Assembly (NCBI RefSeq): GCF_006345805.1
Contig: NC_043008.1
Location: forward strand, 9,858,001-9,922,000
Direction: 5' to 3'
Length of the DNA stretch: 64,000 nt
DNA from: Octopus sinensis
Taxonomy: Eukaryota
A program made the position numbers and the translations under genes. The notes beneath the pieces are model-generated. The model did no database searches, was not told the DNA's origin, and worked only from the letters and a program-made list of their open reading frames with translations. This document shows, piece by piece, positions 54,729 to 64,000 of the stretch; within the stretch, counting starts at the first letter, position 1; the number at the start of each line of letters is the position of its first letter.

Positions 54729-55381
54729 CCTTAGATTGTGCTTCTTTCAGATTTATGTTTTTTACAAACGATATATATAAATATGTATGTGTGTGTGTGT
54801 GTGTTTGTGTGCGTGTGTGAGTGTTTGCATCAATGTATGTATGTATCTGTGTGTGTATGTATGTATGAATGTAGGAACGACTTTTCGGAGACGACTGCGG
54901 CTAAAAGTATGCTTCATTTTACGTACACACACACATATACATACACATATAAAATACATACATGCATACAAACATGTATACATACATACAAGCATATTTA
55001 CATATATATATATATGTGTGTATGTGTGCCTCGATGTGTATGTACATACATGTACACGTGCATACATACATAAATAAACCAGCGGGTTCACTTCGAAGTA
55101 CTTTTATCTTCATCAGATTTCTCATGATTATTATTATTATTATTATTATTATCGTTGTCTCCATCATCAGCATCATCACCACTATCATATATTCCCCACC
55201 ACCACCACCACCACTATCATCATCTTCATCTTCATCTTCATCATCGTCATGTGTGAATATCATCATCATCAACATCATCATCAACGACAACAATATTATA
55301 ATCTTCGCTTTTTCCGCCTCCGATATTTCTGTTTTTGTTTTATAAATATATATATATATATTTATATTTTTTATAATCGCA

Positions 55382-55417
<36 letters not shown>

Positions 55418-55769
55418 AACACACACACACACACACGTATACATATACATAAATTGTGTCTTATTTTCCATGGGATCGCTCTATGGATATCTCACCTACA
55501 ATCGACTTCGTATCTTTATTAACCTCTGTAACATTTGTATTTCATGTCCAATGCTGACTTTCTCTTCTCTTGCTCGTTTGGCTTTAGAACAATTACAAAC
55601 AAGCAAATCCTTTAAGCGGACGGGGAAAAGAAAAGAAAAACAAGATGGGGGGTGGAGGGGGGAGGAAGAAGAAGAAGAAGAGGAGGTGGAGGAAGAGGAG
55701 GAGGAGGAGGAGGAAAATATATTTGCCTTCCTTCCATTCAGATTAAATGTGTTTTGTTTTATTTTTTTA

Positions 55770-55900
55770 TTCTTTTCTTTTACTTGTTTCAGTCATTAGA
55801 GTGCGGCCATGTTGGGGCACTGCTTTGAAGAATTTTTAGTCGTAGGAATGGAGCATAGTGCTCTTTTTCTTTTTTTTTTTTGTTAAGCTTGGTACTTATC
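55770..55900 (-). mobile_element. SINE family B, decayed 3' fragment
   Basis: cttttacttgtttcagtcattagagtgcggccatg. Confidence 0.75.
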
Positions 55901-56109
55901 AAAAGGGATCCTCCTCTTACCATCGCAGCTCGTTAGGAATGTCTAAGACCACATCATTTAATTTGTCCTTCCTTGTTTAAGGCGGTAGATGGAACTTGAG
56001 GGAGATATCTCTGCTATTTCAGCAGGTCCAACAATCACAGAGGAGCTTTCTTGTTAGCTCGACATTAAAAATATTGGCGTGGGGGGGGGGGGCTGTTGCG
56101 AAGAAAATT

Positions 56110-56385
56110 GAAGTCTTTTGTCCTTGGCAAGAGATGAGTGTTCCGCAACTTCTTGCTGAGCAATCTGCACAGATCGCTTGTGAATGGTGATCATATGTTT
56201 GTGTTGCACATTAGCTCAGTTTCTCCATCAAACCGACATCGTCCGTACAGATGCGCAGTGTGCCACTCGTCAGATACCAAAGTGATCGAAGTCACAGGAA
56301 GTGTTTTGCTGAAGAACACCACGCACGGGCCGATCCGAGAATAAAAACCACGATCTTGGAATCATGAGTGCAACGACCCAACGAG
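56110..56385 (-). mobile_element. Decayed tRNA-headed CORE-type SINE
   Basis: Reverse complement reads gttgcactcatgattccaagatcgtgg...gtgttcttcagcaaaacactt, then a distinct tail. Confidence 0.55.
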
Positions 56386-56409
56386 AGAAAATTAATATGA
56401 AGATGATGC

Positions 56410-56870
56410 CAAATTCCGCTGAGGTTGATTTTGCCTTTCATCCTTTCGTTGTCGATAAATTAAGTACCAGAAGGCGGCGAGCTGGCAGAACAGATAGCAC
56501 GCCGGGCGAAATGCGTAACCGTATTTCGTCTACCGTTACGTTCTGAGTTCAAATTCCGCCGAGGTCGACTTTACCTTTCATCCTTTTTGGGTCGATAAAT
56601 TAAGTACCAGTTACGCACTGGGGTCGATATAATCGACTTAATCCGTTTGTCTGTTCTTGATCGTCCTCTCTGTATTTAGCCCCTTGTGGGTTGTAAAGAA
56701 ATAGGTATTTCGTCTGCCGCTTCGTTCTGAGTTCAAATTCCACCGAGGACTACTTTGCCTTTCATTCTTTCGGGGTCGATAAATTTAGAACAAGTTGCGT
56801 ACTGGGGTCGATCTAATCGACTTGCCCCTCCCCAAAAATTTCGAGCCTTGTGCCTAGAATAGAAAAAAAT
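56410..56870 (+). mobile_element. SINE family C dimer preceded by a truncated C fragment
   Basis: Fragment 56410-56470, monomer 56471-56703, junction aaagaaatag|gtatttcgtctg, second unit ending in the cttgtgcctagaatagaaaa tail. Confidence 0.9.
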
Positions 56871-57133
56871 ATGAAGGTGATACCTTGTTTACTTATTTAT
56901 TTTTATTATTGTCATCCCAAGCCTAAGATGTCTATTTCCTTCAAAGTCTTCGCGGAATCCGTTTTAAATGCTGGTTGATTATTTTGTTTGATGATTATTC
57001 AAATGGGAGAAACTGTCCCGTTCAGGATGCTGGCTGAACCCACAACAGTTTATAAACTCGTACGACAATTGTTTGTATTTAAATATCGCCTGATTCGATG
57101 AAATCAGAAGGGTTATGTAGTAATGCTTTTGTA

Positions 57134-57451
57134 GAAGCGCAATGGCCCAACGGTTAGGACAGCGGACTCGCGGTCGGAGGATCGCGGTTTCGATTTCCAG
57201 ACCGGGCGTTGTGTGTGTTTATTGAGCGAAAACACCTAAAAGCTCCACGAGGCTCCGACATGGGGTGGTGGCGACCCCTGTTGTACTCTTTAGCCACAAC
57301 TTTCTCTCACTCTCTCTTCCTGTTTCTTGAGTAACGCTGCGATGGACTGGCGTCCCGTCCAACTGAGGGGGAACACATTCGCCACAGAAACCGGGAAACC
57401 GGGCCCATGAGCCTGGCTAGGCTTGAAAAGGGCGAAAGAAGAAGAAGAGGA
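57134..57451 (+). mobile_element. SINE family A, tail type 2, with 12-bp TSD
   Basis: agtaatgctttt at 57119-57130 and 57452-57463; (GAA)n tail. Confidence 0.93.
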
Positions 57452-57982
57452 AGTAATGCTTTTACTTACACGCACCAAATGTTTGACTTTATTAAAACGT
57501 TAAACAAAATTCATTATTATAATGTTTTTCGTCACAGCAATTATATCCAGTTATTAAGAAATAGCAGAAATTTATCAGAAAGTGTAATTATGTATTTAGA
57601 TCCCTTGTGTTTCATTATTCTGATCTAATTAAAACAATCCATTTGTGAAATATTGACAATTTTCGAGCTGGCGTAACTTGACAGATATTTAGCCATTGGT
57701 GAGCCTCGACGTCAACGGGTCTCCCTACGGACTGCAGTATAATTCTGAACGGGTTGCGATGACAGAATCATTATTTAATCAAATGTAAAATGTTAATAAA
57801 CAGGGACTAATTTCAGTGATATTTTGGCTTCTAATAGTCTAGCTAATATCATATTAATATAATTGGTATCTTTCTCTGTGTTTCGAATCTTTAATATTCA
57901 ACTTCAACAGGTATCTTTGTGTAGCTTCTTTCACTCAATGCGTGAGACACACTTAAAAACACAAAAATACACAAACACTTAC

Positions 57983-58015
<33 letters not shown>

Positions 58016-58020
58016 ATATA

Positions 58021-58442
58021 TAGTTAATTTTTTGGCTCAAAAAGCAAAAAGCAAGGCCATGTAGGGGGACATGGAGTTATGTACAGGGAGGGTGTTCATG
58101 CAAAGAGTTCAAGCCATTTCTGGTCAAGAGAGACTTTGAACCGAGCGGTCGTCGGCATCTTCACTATCTTGTCCGGCAGCTTATGCCACGGATCCGCAAC
58201 CCGGACGGAGAAAGCCCCTCTCCTTCGATTGAGATGAAATTGTCGCAGATAGAGCTTTTCGGAGTGACCCCGCAGCCGACGCTCTGGAACAGGAGTGAAG
58301 AACAGCTCTTTCGAGAGGTTACACTTTCCGCTTATGATGTTGTAAGCAAGAATGAGATCACCACGGCGTCGTCGTTTTTCTAGAGAATAAAGGTCGAGCG
58401 TCTTCAGCCTTTCTTCATAAGACAAATGCTTGTGACCAAGAA

Positions 58443-58446
<4 letters not shown>
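58021..58446 (-). pseudogene. 5'-truncated CR1-clade LINE (ORF2 C-terminus plus 3' UTR)
   Basis: LSYEERLKTLDLYSLEKRRRRGDLILAYNII...RLRGHSEKLY...FSVRVADPWHKLP, a typical CR1 ORF2 end; sits between (TA)n arrays. Confidence 0.92.
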
Positions 58447-58495
<49 letters not shown>

Positions 58496-58501
58496 ATATA
58501 T

Positions 58502-58736
58502 ATGTTCCTTTACTACCCACAAGGGGCTAAACATAGAGGGGACAAACAAGGACAGACAAACGAATTTAAGTCGATTATATCGACCCCAGTGCGTAACTGG
58601 TACTTAATTTATCGACCCCGAAAGGATGAAAGGCAAAGTCGACCTCGGCGGAATTTGAACTCGGAACGTAACGGTAGACGAAATACGGCTACGTATTTCG
58701 CCCGGCGTGCTAACGGTTCTGCCAGCTCGCCGCCTT
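58502..58736 (-). mobile_element. SINE family C monomer
   Basis: Near-consensus copy. Confidence 0.93.
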
Positions 58737-58780
58737 ATATATATATAGAACCATATATAAATAGAACCATATATATATAT

Positions 58781-58945
58781 AGGACGGGCCTCCACACAGC
58801 TTCCGTCTGCCAAATTTACTGACAAGGGCATTGGTGGTCCCGGGACTATAAAAAAAAAGACACTTACTGAAGGTGCCACGCAGGAAGACTGAACCTGGAT
58901 CCAGATTATTGCAAAGTGAGTTTTTAACCACACAGCAATGCTTGC
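58781..58945 (-). mobile_element. Old family-B-related SINE, 5' half
   Basis: gacgggcctccacacagcttccgtctgccaaattt...aaggtgccacgcag...aaccacacagc. Confidence 0.7.
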
Positions 58946-59927
58946 AACTGTTTGATATTATTTCGCATTAACTCTTTCTTTTTTACCGATATTGTGCATT
59001 CCACTGCCATCGCCACCACCGCCATCTCTTATTCTTTTAGCAAAACAAACAGATGCCGCCGTTTATTACTATTTTTTATGCTTCTTCTTTGGTGGATTAT
59101 GCATCTTGTTTTACAGAAATAAAGAATTTAATAAATCCAAACATTTACCTGTAGAATAAAACACCTTATTTTTCTTCGAAACATTCCTCCTGTTACAAGT
59201 TATTTAGGTATTAAGCACTGAGTCACATTCTATTCAATAATTCCTAGGTTGGGTGAGCTAAGGGCGATCTAGAAGATGAAATTAGTAACACATAAAAAAC
59301 GAACTGTAACACAATTATGTTCACACACACATATATATATATATACATACAAAGTTTATTTCCGATATCAGTGGTTGTACCAGCTTTTAGTTTGATATTA
59401 CATTCATAATTTCTTTTCGTTATGAAACTGAATAGCAAAAGTTCACACCGAATGTAATATTTCAGTTGTCCTTTTGCTTGCTTCTTATTTTATTTTCTTT
59501 ATTTTATTTTAGTTTTCATTTATGAATTTCTTTATCTTTCCTACAGTGGAACTACTTTTGTTCACAGTTAAACTTGGTTATATTTTTCGACACTCTCTTG
59601 CGGTTACTCTTTAAAAACAAAAATCTTTCTGTGCAAGACGGAAATTACAGACACTGAAAATATTTTGCTCCTTTGTGGGTAAATCTCAACAGCACTTCAT
59701 TCAACTTACCTACGAAAGAGCGTCTGCATAATCACTAGATCTGTTAGAAATTGCAGCTAATTCTCCCCTCGTGATATGCCATTCAACCCTTAATTAGTCT
59801 GACACTAAATTTAGAATAAAGGGCGGTACGGTCATGATTTGGTTATTGAACTGCTTAATTAAGGTTAATTAGAGCTAAATAGCGACTGCAACCAACATGC
59901 AAGAGCTGACAGAAAAATAGAAAACAT

Positions 59928-60233
59928 AAGGCGACGAGCTGTCAGAACTGTTAGCACGTCGGGCGAAATGCGTAGCCGTATTTCGTCTGCCGTTACGTTC
60001 TGAGTTCAAATTCCGCCGAGGTCGACTTTGCCTTTCATCCTTTCGGGGTCGATAAATTAAGTACCAGTTACGCACTGGGGTCGATATAATCGACCTAATC
60101 CGTTTGTTTGTCCTTGTTTGTCCTCTCTGTGTTTAGCCCCTTGTGGGTAGTAAAGAAATAGGTATTTCGTCTGCCGCTACGTTCTGAGTTCAAATTCCAC
60201 CGAGGTCGAATTTGCCTTTCATCCTTTCGGGTC
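59928..60233 (+). mobile_element. SINE family C dimer, second unit truncated
   Basis: Same aaagaaatag|gtatttcgtctg junction at about 60160. Confidence 0.92.
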
Positions 60234-60235
60234 TG

Positions 60236-60405
60236 TACCTTGCCTCTTTTTAGGTAGATTGCTCCTCACTTCTTGAGTCTAATTTCCATTCTAATATCAG
60301 TACTAAAACGGTGGACCTTGTTCACCAAGGAACTCATTTGTGTCTCGTCTTTGCCATACACTTTCATGATGAGGAGGTGGTTGATTATTTGGGATTTTCC
60401 CTTCA
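60236..60405 (-). pseudogene. R4/Dong-clade reverse transcriptase fragment (motif 5-7 region)
   Basis: IINHLLIM-KVYGKDETQMSSLVNKVHRFSTDIRMEIRLKK*GAIYLKRGKV resembles INHLLYMDDLKLYGK...F..DIGMEFGLKKC; the catalytic DD is deleted. Confidence 0.8.
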
Positions 60406-60407
60406 CC

Positions 60408-60630
60408 CGTCTGATAAGGGTACACTAAACACATGCATCACAACCTTATGTGTGCGACAAGGTGATCTCATATCACGATAAACAGCGCATTACCTTGGCA
60501 GGTGGTGGGGGGCAGTTAGAATTTTCATCGGGTCGAGTAGCCCGTCCCGCTCAAAAGGTCCCTGAATAATGGTTGTTTAAGGATGTTGAACGAAACAACC
60601 ATGATTCCAGAGATGAATTATTCAAACTCC
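60408..60630. repeat. Unclassified non-coding segment interrupting the R4 fragments
   Basis: No R4-like translation; its boundaries coincide with the ends of the two R4 pieces. Probably a dispersed-repeat fragment (unverified). Confidence 0.4.
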
Positions 60631-60997
60631 AACTACTATTTCGACTCGATGATTGTATCATGTGTTTCCAGCTTCAAATCCCCACTTCTGGCTCAGTTTC
60701 CAGTATATAACTTTTACAACCTGGTCGTGCCTCCATTTCTTACAATCTTCCTGTGCCAACTTGGGGCATTCTGTCACAATGTGTGCGTCACTGTCTCTTA
60801 AAAGTTTCACAGGCTCTACATTTTTCTGACACATTCTCTCCACATACATTTTTTTTTCTCAAGTTGTTTGTTATTATCGCTTGATCTTGGGCTGCTACAA
60901 TTAGGCTCTTTGTTTCTTTCTTTTAACTGTCCCTTTTCTAACCAAGCCCAGGATTTTGTTCCATATACGTCTTTAGTGACACTCCAAAATTGGCCTA
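60630..60997 (-). pseudogene. R4/Dong-clade fragment (post-RT region and CCHC knuckle)
   Basis: GQFWSVTKD...SWAWLEKGQLK-ETKSLIVAAQDQAI...HIVTECPKLAQEDCKKWRHDQVVKVIYWKLSQKWG. Confidence 0.85.
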
Positions 60998-61674
60998 TTG
61001 TTATTATTAAGTGGGGATGAGGAGAAGAAAAGGGAAAGATGAGCTCAGTAAAATGAAAACTCTTAATATAATAAGGAAGCAACTAGCTACCGCAGAATAT
61101 TCAGTTCGTCTTTCTACTGTTTTCACCATTTCACTGTCTTTTGCAATCAATATGAACAGACAGACACGAAGACATTAAATGCAGAAATATTATGTTACAT
61201 CTTGAACTACTTAATCACGCATAGTTTATGCGGTATTTCTTTTCTTTATTTTCCATTTTATTTTTTTTGTAACAGAAAATTAAATAAATGTCAATCAACA
61301 TCACATGACAAAAACACTTCTGGTGTATTTTTGTAATTTCTTTAGATATTTTTGTAATTTCTTTAGATTTTGTAATTTCTTTAGATATTTTTTCTTTTAT
61401 TTATTTATTTATTTTTGTTATATTTTTTCTGTAGCTTTTTGCTGCATATTTGCAAATAGTGATTTTATTTTGAGAGATTCTTCAATGTATCTTGTTGCGT
61501 TACAGAAATTTGTTTCGCCACGATGTGATTTTGGCTTTCAGGTTTGGTTCTATTACGATGGCACCTTAGGCAGTGTTTTTGCAGAACAGCCCCGGGTCAG
61601 CCAATACCGTTTGTCAGAGAGACACTACGGAGAAGCACGTTATGTGTGTGTGTGCGCGTGCGGTTTTGTGTGTA

Positions 61675-61721
<47 letters not shown>

Positions 61722-61886
61722 TGCGTGCGTGCGTTTACACTTGTATGTCTACGGACTGCAAAGGTTCCGTAGAGTGCAAAATAATATTAATAATAAGGAG
61801 AATGGAGATTTGCACATCGATAATTTATCTTACAGTTATCTTCAGCATATTGCCATCACTTACACGTGTTTCCACGGCAGCGCCCC

Positions 61887-61933
<47 letters not shown>

Positions 61934-62415
61934 CATATGTGTGAGTGTATATATATATACGTAGGTGTTATTCAAATCTTTATACTTCCGACCAATGTCT
62001 TCTTCCAAACATATTTCGGAAGTATAAAGATTCGAATAACACCTGCTGCGTTTAACTCCATTTATTTATCTATCTATGATATACAAAACCATTTCACTTA
62101 ACCCTGGAATTTCTACCTTTATAAGTAGGCTGCTACATCATTGACACTTACGTGAAATTTTGCTACCCTGGTAACTATTCCATGTTATTTGTACACACTG
62201 AAAAATATACATACATTTATATATATATATATATTATATATATATATATATATTATATATATATATATATATATCACCGTGATCACCGTGACCGACCAGG
62301 CTATCAGATGTTGCTACACATCGCTGGTCACAATGCACTTCACATTGTTTTAGCCTTCAAATGACGCCACCCCGCTGGCTAAGCGAGCAGGCCAATATAT
62401 ATATATATATAATAT

Positions 62416-62446
<31 letters not shown>

Positions 62447-62812
62447 TATAATAATAAGTCAGAGTACAGCGTGTACCCCTTTGCTTGAAAAAGGAGTTAA
62501 AACCCTCCAAACCTACGCATCTCTCACTACATATAAACACACACGGAGTATATAGCAAGTTTATTTCTCCGAAACAGTCCTCCTATTTGATTCAGAGAAA
62601 CACATTTGCTCTATTCTCTGCTTATGTTTACAGTAATGTGAGAGATGCGCGATTGTGGAGGGTTTTAACTCCGCTTTCAAGCAAACACCTACATATTATA
62701 CCCTGACTTGTTATTATATATTTTGCTTATTTGAATTATGTTTGCTGGCCACTTTATCATTATTTTTATAAATAATGATAACTTATTTCAATTTTAAATT
62801 TATATATACATA

Positions 62813-62995
62813 CTGTTGTGTCTGGGTAGGGTCATTTTCTTTTTGTGCCTTATAATGTAACACACACACACCGATAAAATTTCAACTTTTTTTCTTATTT
62901 TATTTTCCTAAAATTTTCGTTGCGTCTTGCAACCTTTTCAATAGTCTCAACTATTATAAGGCACAAAAAGAAAATGACTCTCCCCAGACAACAAA
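62813..62995. mobile_element. MITE with ~42-bp TIRs, TA-flanked
   Basis: tgttgtgtctgggtagggtcattttctttttgtgccttataat versus attataaggcacaaaaagaaaatgactctccccagacaaca. Confidence 0.85.
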
Positions 62996-63048
62996 TATGC
63001 TTCAACACACGAACTCATATAAAGAATCTTGCAAACCAAATCCCAAAA

Positions 63049-63086
<38 letters not shown>

Positions 63087-63477
63087 TCAGCACTTACTTA
63101 GCGTTACGTAACACTCTTTGGGTCTTCTAGATATCAATATTTCTCATACCCTCGCTATATATATATATATATCATACACATATATACATATACAAAATAC
63201 ACTCACCCACATATGTGTTGCGTACGTGCGTATGTGTGTGTGTGCGTGCATGTGTGTGTATGCGTGTGTGTGCGCGCGCGCGTTACACACCCGCAATTCT
63301 TTATTCTAGCGTTTAATACCTTCGAGTTTAGTCAAAGCGAAACCATAATTATTATACTCTGAGTTTCCCATATTTCTTACTCAATAACCGTTGACACTGC
63401 GAAAATCCAGAGAATCACAGTCTTAACTGCCCTACTCGTCCCCAAAATGATAAAAGCCTCTTTCATAACCCGCAAAG

Positions 63478-63605
63478 TAGGTATGGGCAACCTTCCTCGA
63501 GAAACGGGCCGCGTGAAACATGACTCAGCATCAGATGGGCGACACTACTAGAATTTTCGTTAGGCCATTCAGAAAGTTCCGCGGGCCGCTGTTTGTCCAT
63601 GACTG
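63478..63605. mobile_element. Decayed hAT-like MITE
   Basis: Ends taggtatgggcaacc / gtttgtccatgactg with internal gggccgc motifs; TSD not convincing. Confidence 0.45.
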
Positions 63606-64000
63606 TCGAAGAGCAAACAGTAAACATTCAGCCATTCGTGATTACGCGACAGGTCCAGTTCCCAGATTTAATTGACAAACAAAAGAATAACGCTAATAAC
63701 AAAACTCTACACCGCTTCATTATTTACTAGTCCAACATAGACGTGTATCTAGTTAATAATCCCATCAGCATCTCCATTCTAATGTTATATTGACTGATTT
63801 GCTGTTTATTTTCAGATGAGGTGAGACTTTCCATCTCAAACAACGTAAAAGTAAAAACAAAAAGTTGTTAGGTTTGCTGACGTCATTCGTGTTGTCAATG
63901 GTAGGGCGAGTGTGCTGGTTTTCGACGCATATCAACACGACTACGATGATCGGCAGTCGCTAATTCCATTGGGTCGCCATTATTTCCGGTTCGATCTGTG

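Noticed and set aside
55085-55118. Minus-strand CTGATGA...GAAG as a hammerhead
   Set aside because: GAAG instead of GAAA, and stems I and III do not pair.
61326-61390. Three copies of a 21-bp unit (tatttttgtaatttctttaga)
   Set aside because: An ordinary slippage-derived tandem repeat.

Overview
AT-rich, microsatellite-saturated eukaryotic non-coding DNA. The repeat content points to an octopus (cephalopod) genome; this is an inference, not a database result. I found no confidently supported host protein-coding gene, and almost every ORF in the supplied track is a translated simple repeat. The window is a transposon graveyard. It holds more than 35 copies or fragments of four to five tRNA-headed SINE families (labelled A, B, C, CORE-type and H here), several with target-site duplications (TSDs). 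It also holds decayed R4/Dong-clade, CR1 and Hsmar1-like mariner coding fragments, non-autonomous Helitrons/Helentrons, and hAT- and TA-flanked MITEs. The most notable hidden signal is about ten Penelope-type minimal type I hammerhead ribozyme (HHR) motifs. Three have intact catalytic cores (970, 24200, 45437), a U4C-variant pair sits back-to-back in a 175-bp palindrome, and one is fused as the 3' module of a tRNA-headed SINE. Other notable features are two Dong elements stacked inside a SINE-derived (TAA)n tail, and SINE head/core/tail module swapping visible within the window. All alignments and folds were done by eye, so boundaries are approximate.
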